Below, piece after piece: positions 9,843 through 17,682 of a DNA stretch of 64,000 bases (position 1 is its first letter; the number at the start of each line of letters is the position of its first letter). The DNA lies in NCBI GenBank assembly GCA_964412815.1, contig CAYPQF010000038.1, positions 11,284 through 75,283 of the forward strand. Direction: 5' to 3'. The stretch is from an uncultured Gammaproteobacteria bacterium. GTDB lineage: Bacteria > Patescibacteriota > Microgenomatia > UBA1406 > GWC2-37-13. The notes below the pieces were generated by a model. The model saw only the letters and a list, made by a program, of their open reading frames with translations. It was not told the DNA's origin and ran no database searches. The position numbers were made by a program, and so were the translations under genes.

Positions 9843-11225
9843 TTATGGACAGGTAGAGCAGACGTCATCCTGTTGTTCTACGTACCGGGCAACCGTCTGC
9901 CAGAAGGTTTTTACGCCAAACGGAGAAATTTCCTGCTGATTGGTTTGGGCAGGAGCAGGCGGAACATACTGCATCATTCGGGAGAACAGTCCCTGGTTAA
10001 AACACCACCAGATATAACAGGAAGCCGCAACTGGATCTTTCGGGAGCTCCATGCCACGCCAATGCCGGGCCTGTGTCAACAGTTCCTGGCCACGTTTTGA
10101 GTCGATGAGCGGTATCCGCTTTGCAGCCCGCTCCCACAGGTACTGCTGGTCTGAGTACTGCGGAATAAGTCCATTGCGGCGTAAAAAGGTAATGTTGTCA
10201 TATTCCTGACGTCCCACAGGCTCGGAGAACAACAGGATAGTACCGCCACGCTGGTCGGGCGGGAGCAACGCTTTAAATGACTGCTCGCTAGGTTTAGTAA
10301 CTTCGAGTGAGATCTTATATTTCTTAAAAACATCTTCGTACATATCGACCACTTCCCGATCGAGGGCAGACACATAGAGCTTTGCATACGGTCGTTCGAT
10401 CATATCGCGCAAAAACATCAGGGTATATGGTGCAGACCGGGTAATGATATGGAACATAAACCGGTGCGAGGTACGATATAAATGGTCAATCATGGTGGTA
10501 AAGTACTCAAGCCCTACCGCTGCACCAGAAATGGGGATGCTGACATGAATCTGTGATTTTGCTGCCGGATCTACCTGGTGGATACGTTCATGGTAATCAC
10601 TATCGGTGAGATTGGTCGAGAGCTGCGGACTGACCGGGTAGGCTACTACCTCGAACGGAATTGCCGGTTTTCCGGTTTGTTTTCCATACTCAATCAACTG
10701 CTGTTTCGTATATTCACTGGGAACCACCGTGAGATCTGCTTCCGGCACATACCAGATATACTGCGGACTATCGTCGGTTACCTGAACCACCAGAATGACG
10801 CGCACATTCCGCTGTTTCTCAATTTTTTCTTTAATTGCCGCAAGCTGGTGTGCCAGCCCATAATGAGTAGCAACTACCAATACGGTCTCCGGTACATCGA
10901 TTCGCTGGTCCAGTACTGTCTTCATCTGCTGCATCATCAGCTTTTTCTGGGACCGGATGATATGAATGTAGATTGTTGTAAAGAGGTCCTGAAACGGACC
11001 GGACTGTCCCCATTCAAATAGCTTCCGGAAGATGGTATGGATGCTTAAGATACGATGAATCGCTTCGATCGTTTTTGCCTGAGAGCCCAGTAATAGCGGG
11101 GATACTTCTGAAGGGAGACCTCCGTATAACGCGTCGGTCACGCGCAGATGTCCGAGTCCTGCCGGCGCGTACGAAAAGATCAGAACCAGGGATTTTTTAC
11201 TTAGGATTGCAGCAGTGCCTTTCAC
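9843..11225 (-). CDS. hypothetical protein, possibly a divergent GT-B glycosyltransferase (MGDG-synthase/GT28-like)
   Basis: 460 aa, GTG start. The N-terminal APAGLGHLRVTDAL resembles the G-x-GH motif of the MGDG synthase N-domain. The C-terminal TKPSEQSFKAL loosely resembles the TKxGG..SEAL motif. Weak assignment. Confidence 0.35.
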   Translation of the reverse strand: MKGTAAILSKKSLVLIFSYAPAGLGHLRVTDALYGGLPSEVSPLLLGSQAKTIEAIHRILSIHTIFRKLFEWGQSGPFQDLFTTIYIHIIRSQKKLMMQQMKTVLDQRIDVPETVLVVATHYGLAHQLAAIKEKIEKQRNVRVILVVQVTDDSPQYIWYVPEADLTVVPSEYTKQQLIEYGKQTGKPAIPFEVVAYPVSPQLSTNLTDSDYHERIHQVDPAAKSQIHVSIPISGAAVGLEYFTTMIDHLYRTSHRFMFHIITRSAPYTLMFLRDMIERPYAKLYVSALDREVVDMYEDVFKKYKISLEVTKPSEQSFKALLPPDQRGGTILLFSEPVGRQEYDNITFLRRNGLIPQYSDQQYLWERAAKRIPLIDSKRGQELLTQARHWRGMELPKDPVAASCYIWWCFNQGLFSRMMQYVPPAPAQTNQQEISPFGVKTFWQTVARYVEQQDDVCSTCP

Positions 11226-11264
11226 AGTATTCAGTGTAGCATATGACGCGAGAAGCTGTCTATC

Positions 11265-11419
11265 GCGCAGGGTATTTGAAAAAGAGGAATATTGAGCACA
11301 TTTGAATACTTTGAGTAACCTTTTTTCGAACTGTTGAGCAAGCTCAAATGTTCTTCAAAAAGCCTACTCAAAGTATCTACACCTGCTTACTATGCTCGGC
11401 TTTCAAAAATACCCTGCGC
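11265..11419. repeat. 155-bp imperfect palindrome (long hairpin-forming inverted repeat)
   Basis: Perfect 13-bp outer stem (GCGCAGGGTATTT 11265-11277 / AAATACCCTGCGC 11407-11419). Perfect 11-bp inner stem (TACTTTGAGTA 11307-11317 / TACTCAAAGTA 11365-11375). Central TTGAGC/GCTCAA around 11340. Confidence 0.8.
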
Positions 11420-11460
11420 ATAGATCCTGTTCCCGGTGTACAATACTACTAACTGCTACT

Positions 11461-11814
11461 ATGAAATACGCACGTAATTATGGAGGCATCGTCTGGACAA
11501 ATCATGCGCTGGAACGACTCCATCAACGAAAACTGCCCCAGGAAATTGCGTTTCTTGCCTATCAGGCTCCCGACCAGCGAATTCCCGGAAAAAAAGCCGG
11601 CATGATAGAGCTGCAAAAACAGTATGGTCAATCACTCATAACCTTAATCGTAAACCAGAATGAACGCCGGGAGTGGATTGTGGTGTCAGCCTGGATCGAC
11701 CCGCCCCTACCGGGCACCATGGACTACAAAAAGAAACAGGACTGGAAAGCGTACAAGAAAGCCGGATTCTGGGGAAAACTGTGGCTTACCTTTAAAAAAC
11801 AACTCGGTTTCTGA
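11461..11814 (+). CDS. small protein, DUF4258-like (toxin-like fold) with basic amphipathic tail
   Basis: Start moved to MKYARNY (ATG 11461), with TACAAT at 11439-11444. The WTNHALERLHQRKL motif resembles DUF4258. The C-terminus is KKKQDWKAYKKAGFWGKLWLTFKKQLGF. Confidence 0.45.
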   Translation: MKYARNYGGIVWTNHALERLHQRKLPQEIAFLAYQAPDQRIPGKKAGMIELQKQYGQSLITLIVNQNERREWIVVSAWIDPPLPGTMDYKKKQDWKAYKKAGFWGKLWLTFKKQLGF

Positions 11815-11827
11815 TAGACTGTATTAC

Positions 11828-12775
11828 ATGCGCAGACAATCTACCTACGTCTATATTTATTATTTAAAACAGCACAAAAAGCTGGTGCTGTCTTTCTTTC
11901 TGATGCTTTCTGCCCTCTGTGGACTGGGCGTTTACACACTGGGACATGCGCAGGGTTCCCGTGCCGCGCAACAGGGGCAACCGGAGATGGTCACAGAGGT
12001 AACTACAGGAGCAGATCCTCAACCCACCGAACCGGTCATGATGATGCCAACTATTCCACCACTATCACTTGAGTGTGGCGTTACCATGAAGATTGTCAGT
12101 GCTGATCCAACAGGCTATATTGCCGAAGTAACGCTCGCGAATAGCAGTGAGACCAGCTGGTCTGACTGGGAAATCAGCTGGGACAACCAGCAGAGTACCG
12201 GCAGTGCCGAAATCGTAAAACTCTGGAATGGAACACAGGAGACTACCCCAGAACGCATTACCGTCAAGAATGTGCAGTGGAACTCGCAGGTTCCACCCTC
12301 CGGCAAAACCACCTTTGGCTATCAGGCAACAGGGGCGCCGGTCTATCCACAGCAGATTCAGATAAACGGAGTTGCGTGTGCTGCTCCTTCACCGACACCT
12401 TCTCCGTCCGCAATGCCGACTGCCATACCGGTCACCCCATTGACCGGCTCGAAAGGATCGTGTACGGCATCATACGTGGTCCGGAACGAATGGAGCTCGG
12501 GCTTTACCGCCGATGTAATTCTGACAAACAGTACCGGCACCATACTGGAAGGCTGGGAAGCACGCTGGCAGTTTCCGGGAGATCAAACTATCACCACCAT
12601 CTGGAATGCAAAGCATCAGCAGAATGATCAGGAAGTTATGGTAAGAAATGTGAGCTTTAATGGCCTGTTTGAGGATACCAAATCAATTGCATTCGGATTC
12701 ACCGGTTCATATAGCGGCACAAATACCCCACCTTCTTCTATCCAGCTGAACGGACTTGAGTGCAAGATGAAGTGA
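11828..12775 (+). CDS. secreted protein with two CBM2-type carbohydrate-binding modules and no catalytic domain
   Basis: Start moved to MRRQ (11828). One TM/signal anchor is followed by two modules bounded by Cys residues. The second is CTASY..W.SGFTADV..N....GWEARW.F...Q.I...WN....V.V.N..FNG...FGF.GS..G.N..P..IQLNG.EC, a classic CBM2 pattern. The modules are joined by a PT linker. Confidence 0.8.
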   Translation: MRRQSTYVYIYYLKQHKKLVLSFFLMLSALCGLGVYTLGHAQGSRAAQQGQPEMVTEVTTGADPQPTEPVMMMPTIPPLSLECGVTMKIVSADPTGYIAEVTLANSSETSWSDWEISWDNQQSTGSAEIVKLWNGTQETTPERITVKNVQWNSQVPPSGKTTFGYQATGAPVYPQQIQINGVACAAPSPTPSPSAMPTAIPVTPLTGSKGSCTASYVVRNEWSSGFTADVILTNSTGTILEGWEARWQFPGDQTITTIWNAKHQQNDQEVMVRNVSFNGLFEDTKSIAFGFTGSYSGTNTPPSSIQLNGLECKMK

Positions 12776-12825
12776 TGAGAGATGAAAGGATGCCTCGAAT
12801 AGCGTATGAAGTTCACCCGGAGCAG

Positions 12826-13038
12826 TTATTCTTCTTTGGAGGCACGTGCAATCTCTCCGGTATACTGCTTCTTTGTCTCTACCCATTGCCCGTAATAATG
12901 GGCACAGTCACAGGTTTGTGTGTCCGTATCGCGCTCATAACAGTGTCCTTTCTGCGCTATCACCATATGAAATTTTTCGTTAATCTGCTGAAGTTTTGCT
13001 GCCAGCTCCTTCTGCAGTTCCTGCACCTTGTTTGTCAT
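12826..13038 (-). CDS. small hypothetical protein
   Basis: 70-aa ORF 17 nt downstream of the preceding gene on the same strand. Coiled-coil N-terminus, then HC...C.C. No family recognised. Confidence 0.4.
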   Translation of the reverse strand: MTNKVQELQKELAAKLQQINEKFHMVIAQKGHCYERDTDTQTCDCAHYYGQWVETKKQYTGEIARASKEE

Positions 13039-13054
13039 ACGTATAAAGTGATCG

Positions 13055-13852
13055 TTATTCGGTGAAACGGAAACTCTCTAATACCTGTTTTACGGCAGCG
13101 TCGTAGTTTTTTTCGTTTGGCCCTTCGGTTATTGCAACAAAACCGTAAATCCGGTTATCTTTTTTAAAGTGATAGTAATCAAAACAACCCAACCCACAGA
13201 CCCGGGCCACCTCATATTGAATCTCCCCGATCTTTTCCTGAGAAAGTTCTGCAGGATCACCTTCACGCGGGATACCAGTAGTGTTATAGTTTTCTTCCAT
13301 CCACTGGCGGATCTCTTTTTCATACTCAACAGGCTTCATTACCGAGAAGACCACACCATCTGACATCTCAGACTGCGGTCGCTGTTGTGAACCCATCTCA
13401 TAGACAGTAATAATATCGCCATTCTTAAACTGCTGACTGTCATTTCTCATCTGCCAGCTGGAAGGATACTCAAACGAAAGCTTGTAGGCATCACTGATAA
13501 ACTCCTTTGTCTCTGTTTCGAACAGTTCCGGTGCAGCTGAGTTGGTAGCAGCTGGTGCGGGAGTGACCGGACTACCCTCTTCGACTTCGCCGGGAATTAA
13601 CCCGTTGTCCGGCTGTTTCATCTGGGCATTACGGGTACCACTCTGATCAAGCTGCATCATGTAGTAATAAAAGTAGGCATTTCCCATCAGAGAGAAGATC
13701 AAGATTAAGACTACCAGAAACATTCCGATGCGGTAGCGGCCAAGCTGCCGGCTGAGTTCTGTAATGGCTGTTTCCTGTTCCTGGTGTGTTTTGCTGTCAA
13801 AGACAGTATGTTCTGTTTGTCCTTCCATAGGTCTATTGTACCTTGTTAGCAC
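13055..13852 (-). CDS. hypothetical membrane-anchored protein
   Basis: 265 aa with a single TM (IGMFLVVLILIFSLMGNAYFYYYMM) and an extracytoplasmic globular domain. No family recognised. Confidence 0.55.
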   Translation of the reverse strand: MLTRYNRPMEGQTEHTVFDSKTHQEQETAITELSRQLGRYRIGMFLVVLILIFSLMGNAYFYYYMMQLDQSGTRNAQMKQPDNGLIPGEVEEGSPVTPAPAATNSAAPELFETETKEFISDAYKLSFEYPSSWQMRNDSQQFKNGDIITVYEMGSQQRPQSEMSDGVVFSVMKPVEYEKEIRQWMEENYNTTGIPREGDPAELSQEKIGEIQYEVARVCGLGCFDYYHFKKDNRIYGFVAITEGPNEKNYDAAVKQVLESFRFTE

Positions 13853-13961
13853 ATGGACTGCAAATTATTGAGAAGCAGATACAGAGTATTGGAGAATAAT
13901 TTTGTATGAGTCGTGGGAAACCGACATGGCTTTTTCACGACTATTTATTCAGCATCTATAC

Positions 13962-14156
13962 CTAAAGATTCTTTCTTCTCTCCTTCAGAGCAGCGATTTG
14001 TGCATCGAGCTCCTTTAATTCTGCTTTACATCCATCAATCTCGCTTTGCCACCCACCAATAGCTGCACGCATGTTTGGATCACGCCGATCAGCATTTCTT
14101 ATCAGGTCGATAAGATTCCTGATCTGTGCCGAAATAAAACCCTTCTGGCTATACAA
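13962..14156 (-). CDS. small coiled-coil hypothetical protein (TTG start)
   Basis: 64-aa ORF whose TTG start overlaps by 8 nt the stop of an unlisted 27-aa ORF (14149-14232, MSRWKSTRDIERRMKQAEREAIKGEIV). That upstream ORF has a GGAGGA Shine-Dalgarno. Confidence 0.35.
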   Translation of the reverse strand: MYSQKGFISAQIRNLIDLIRNADRRDPNMRAAIGGWQSEIDGCKAELKELDAQIAALKERRKNL

Positions 14157-14311
14157 TCTCGCCTTTTATAGCTTCACGTTCAGCCTGTTTCATGCGTCGC
14201 TCGATATCACGAGTCGATTTCCACCTGCTCATGAAGTCCTCCGTATAGACTATAGACAAATAAGGATAAAAATTATACAATAACATTAATTATTATTCAA
14301 TACGATGTTAT

Positions 14312-14875
14312 ATGAATCCTTTGATTATTAAAAGTAGCCAAACCTATAGAACCGTATCAAGGTATACGCATTTAATAACTCTAATAAAAAAAATTTTTGA
14401 TTTAATTCCTGAAGATACATCTAAACTTTCAGAGATTACTATATCCAAAATTGATGCTGGAGTTTATGTAGATATATACTCTAATATTTTTTATAAGGAT
14501 GAAGTTATGGCTCATATTGGAAAAATAAACAAAAAACCTCCACGTGCCATCAAAGACAAGGTCCGATATCCTTTTGAAATTGAAATTCAGGCATATAGTG
14601 ATCCAGAAACTGAAGATGAATTTCTAAGCCTTGTAAAGAAACATCCTAAAAAATTCTTTAATCACGAAGTCAGGTATTATTTTGGAGAAGATACAATTAT
14701 TAAAACAATCGAGATTCCAGAGGAGATCAAAACAAATAAAAAACCACTTGATTATTATCCTTTGTATTTATCAAATATTACACCAGGTGATGTGGCATAT
14801 ATACAACGAATTATTGATTTTGCTCTATACAGGCTTGAGGAGTACTGGAAGGTTCAAACCGAAATTAATAGATAA
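14312..14875 (+). CDS. hypothetical protein in AT-rich island
   Basis: 187-aa ORF rich in K/I/Y/N codons, inside a strongly AT-rich block. No family recognised. Confidence 0.5.
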   Translation: MNPLIIKSSQTYRTVSRYTHLITLIKKIFDLIPEDTSKLSEITISKIDAGVYVDIYSNIFYKDEVMAHIGKINKKPPRAIKDKVRYPFEIEIQAYSDPETEDEFLSLVKKHPKKFFNHEVRYYFGEDTIIKTIEIPEEIKTNKKPLDYYPLYLSNITPGDVAYIQRIIDFALYRLEEYWKVQTEINR

Positions 14876-14883
14876 TAATTTCA

Positions 14884-15096
14884 TTAAAGAAAGTTGCAAT
14901 GACCACATTTTTTCAAAACACCTTCAACGATGCAGTAGTTAACATTATCCCCATAATTCCACACTTCTCCAAAATCTTTATTACTGGTGGAAAAAGTGAT
15001 TTTACTACTTGGAAATCCCTTCGTAATCATACGTTGGTTATGGGACATACCTATATCTACATGCCTATCTATAACATCATTTAAATCTCCTTTCAA
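14884..15096 (-). CDS. hypothetical protein, possibly 5'-truncated
   Basis: The frame stays open upstream to 15212 (QFKKNDERSYFIPGSVPKKGKFLTVDDCKNIIKYLKTLN...) without an ATG. Only a TTG at 15096 is available. It lies directly beside the IS remnant. Confidence 0.35.
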   Translation of the reverse strand: MKGDLNDVIDRHVDIGMSHNQRMITKGFPSSKITFSTSNKDFGEVWNYGDNVNYCIVEGVLKKCGHCNFL

Positions 15097-15258
15097 ATTT
15101 AGAGTCTTTAAATACTTTATTATGTTCTTGCAGTCATCTACAGTTAGGAACTTTCCTTTTTTAGGGACACTTCCTGGAATAAAATAAGATCTTTCATCAT
15201 TTTTCTTAAACTGTCAAGTACCTAGTATAGTACACACTAGATCAAGCGTTGTTTGATC

Positions 15259-15823
15259 TAGGTACTGTTACCATATATTCAAGTAAATAATAGTAGAGAG
15301 CAAGAGCAACGCATGAGGAGAAGGTAAGGTCAAGTTTATCGTATCGTGTTGCTATTCTTCTGAAGTTTTTCAGATGGTGAAAGAGGCGTTCTATTTCGTT
15401 TCTTTTACGGTACAGGTTCTTTGCATACTTCCAGGTTTTTCTGCGTTTCTTTTGGGAGGAACTACCGGAATCTATCCCGGTTCTTTGAGTAAGCTGCGTG
15501 TTTTGTTGTCTGAATAGCCTTTATCCATGACAATCTTTGTTTTCCGCTTCAGCACTGTTTGAGAAACAAGTGCACGTCCTGCTGGTGCGTCATAGGCATG
15601 TTCCGGGACCTATTCTGAAGGCCGTATGCCAGTTCCCGTATTCCTTTTGTAACTGTCGCCATGAACAGCCCGAGCTTACTACATACAGTATCCCGTCTAT
15701 TACCTGCCGGGTGGTACTTAGGTGGCTTCCGCGGTATTGGCACGTACTGCATGATGGTTTGATAGTGTCTTTCTGTAAGCATTCTCTCATCGTACATTAT
15801 TTTATATATGTTAACAGTACCTA
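15259..15823 (-). mobile_element. internally deleted, frameshifted IS5-family (IS427/IS1031-like) element with intact terminal inverted repeats
   Basis: The TIRs match 19/20: TAGGTACTGTTACCATATAT (15259-15278) versus the reverse complement of 15804-15823, TAGGTACTGTTAACATATAT. The N-terminal transposase is split over two frames (LTERHYQTIMQYVP / IDGILYVVSSGCSWRQLQKEYGNWHT). The C-terminal part (MDKGYS..., IPVVPPKRN, YRKRNEIERLFHHLKNFRRIATRYDKLD) has an in-frame TAG and a frameshift. The central DDE region is missing, so the element is ~565 bp rather than the ~850 bp expected for this family. Confidence 0.8.
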
Positions 15824-15887
15824 AATAAGCTTCCTTCATATTGTTATTATATACCATAACTCAATATGAATTAGCCTGCTAAAACAA

Positions 15888-16628
15888 TTACCGGAAAAAC
15901 AGCCCTACCACATACGCAACTGATCCCGAAACAACTCCCAGCAGAACGGTCTCTCCAATCATTCGTGTCAAATTCTGACGCGTCACCAGCCAGCGCAATA
16001 CACCGAGCAACACCATTGCGCCGATCGCAAAACCGGCGGAATAACTGAAGGCCTGAGTTACCCGTGTTTCAAATAGATATGGAATGAGTGGTAGAAACCC
16101 GAATGTAATAAACGCAAAAAAAGTTGCCAGGGCATTGAGGTGCGGCTTTTCATCACCGGTATCAGCTAATTCCAGCTCGTAGCGCATCATAAACTCCAGC
16201 CAGTACTGTTCGTTTTTTGAGTAGATTTCGGTAAGCTGTTTTGCCTGATCGACAGTAAATCCTTTCATTTTAAGAATACCAATTGTCTGTTCTTTTTCGA
16301 GCTGGGGAGTTGTCCGGATCTCATTCAACTCGGTATGACGCTGCTTCCGGAACACATCATGTTCGGAGCGTGACGAGAGGAACTCTCCTACCGCCATCGA
16401 GGTGCCGTCCGCAAAGAGGTTCGCCAGACCGAACAACAATACCGTAATAATAGAATAGGTCGCGACATCACCACTTTGTGCTCCGGTAAATCCGGCAATC
16501 ACGGCAAAGGTTGTCACAATACCATCACTACCGCCATATACAATCTGGCGGAGATAGGTCGAGAAGGTATCTATTTTATGTACCGACTGAACATGGTGTT
16601 TGAGTTGAGCTTCGAACGATGTAGACAT
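15888..16628 (-). CDS. VIT1/CCC1-family iron/manganese transporter
   Basis: IVYGGSDGIVTTFAVIAGFTGA is the VIT-family N-terminal helix. A cytoplasmic helical insert and a C-terminal TM bundle follow. Confidence 0.8.
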   Translation of the reverse strand: MSTSFEAQLKHHVQSVHKIDTFSTYLRQIVYGGSDGIVTTFAVIAGFTGAQSGDVATYSIITVLLFGLANLFADGTSMAVGEFLSSRSEHDVFRKQRHTELNEIRTTPQLEKEQTIGILKMKGFTVDQAKQLTEIYSKNEQYWLEFMMRYELELADTGDEKPHLNALATFFAFITFGFLPLIPYLFETRVTQAFSYSAGFAIGAMVLLGVLRWLVTRQNLTRMIGETVLLGVVSGSVAYVVGLFFR

Positions 16629-16881
16629 GTGAATATTCTACACCCTTTGTAAGAGCTCAAACACTCAATAGTACCAGCAGGCTTTCCAGTCTGCGCATTT
16701 TAGCCATTTTGCGCAGGGAGAGAAGCGTATCTTTTTTAATATACTCGTTTGTTTCGGTAGAAGTGTGATGTTCTTCGTAAGTGGTCGCCTTTTTCATAGG
16801 AGTTGGTAGATAAATGAATAATAATGATTATCTCAATACTAGATGAAAATGAAGTGAGAAACTTGACGTGAAACTGACATC

Positions 16882-17577
16882 TTACAGACAGTTCCGCCAC
16901 GCGTTTTGTCCGCCCCGGGAGATCTTAAAGGCTGCGGTTTTAATTGATTCCTCGGCGCTAAACCGCAAATCCGGATTCGGATCGGCCCCCATTTGTGTCC
17001 GGGTACCAATCCAGGTATCACGACTGAACTGAAACATACCCGCATAGTCATAGGTTGTATTGTGCGAAGTAGTGTTATACCCAGACTCGCAGACCGCAAT
17101 CTTGCGCAACTGATTTTCGTCTATTGCAAACTCTCCGGCGTACCGTTTAAAGTATCCGTCAATATCGGCTGGCGCCGCAGGAGGGATATATACTGTTGGG
17201 GTAGGTGTTGCCGTTGGCAATGGAGTTGCGGTAGGTGTCGGGGTGTTGGTCGGGGTCGGTGTGGGAGTGGGGGTATTCGTTGGTGTGGGCGTAAAGGTTG
17301 GCAGCGGGGTTGGATTACCTGAGGGGATCGGAGTGCGCATCTCCTGTTCACGGGACCACATATGGAACATTCCCAGCACCGGTGTTTCTTCTGCGCGTTC
17401 ATTGGCTACTGCGGCTGGACTGTCCGTGTTGGTGACCAGCAGCTGCATTGTCAGTAGTACCGCAAACAACACACTCCCGCCAATGGCGATCTGTTTTTTC
17501 CTTGTTGCGTTGATCTCGGGGAGATCCAGCCGGTATTTCCGCTGTATGCGGCTTATCATACGCTGTATGCGTTCCAT
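16882..17577 (-). CDS. secreted Rpf-like (transglycosylase-like domain) muralytic protein with PT linker
   Basis: One TM anchor and a (TPTPTN)-type linker. The C-terminal IAVCESGYN...YAGMFQFSRDTW...AWRNC matches the CESG...GG.QF...W...W..C pattern of Rpf-type domains. Confidence 0.65.
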   Translation of the reverse strand: MERIQRMISRIQRKYRLDLPEINATRKKQIAIGGSVLFAVLLTMQLLVTNTDSPAAVANERAEETPVLGMFHMWSREQEMRTPIPSGNPTPLPTFTPTPTNTPTPTPTPTNTPTPTATPLPTATPTPTVYIPPAAPADIDGYFKRYAGEFAIDENQLRKIAVCESGYNTTSHNTTYDYAGMFQFSRDTWIGTRTQMGADPNPDLRFSAEESIKTAAFKISRGGQNAWRNCL

Positions 17578-17682
17578 AGGGATAGAGTTATTATAACATA
17601 GGGCATGTTAAAGCTTTGTAACAATCCGATGATATAGTATTTGTAAAAATAACGTTCTATTCCCTGTTCACAAAAATACTCC

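Noticed and set aside
11392-11827. The longer ORF-track starts for the DUF4258-like gene (11392) and the CBM2 gene (11660)
   Set aside because: The 11392 extension reads through the right arm of the 155-bp palindrome and the -10 box. The 11660 extension overlaps the preceding gene in another frame. The internal ATGs give a sensible N-terminus and a signal anchor respectively.
15200-15860. UGA recoding or a continuous gene across the IS insertion site
   Set aside because: After conceptual excision of the IS, MKEAY... (15836-) falls in frame with the open frame ending at 14884, but only through a TGA. Many well-supported genes in the window terminate at TGA (for example the CBM2 protein, folD and purL). 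The standard code therefore applies, and the exact excision boundary is uncertain.
16660-16797. 46-codon minus-strand ORF (MKKATTYEEHHTSTETNEYIKK...) upstream of the VIT1 gene, and a 41-codon ORF at about 41052-41177
   Set aside because: Both are short, have no convincing ribosome-binding or promoter context and no recognisable family. They cannot be supported from sequence alone.
17190-17300. Short tandem DNA repeats (GGTGT/GGGGT units), considered as a possible CRISPR or VNTR
   Set aside because: They are the coding sequence of the (TPTPTN)n linker of the Rpf-like protein. There is no spacer/repeat architecture. No CRISPR-like array was seen anywhere in the window.
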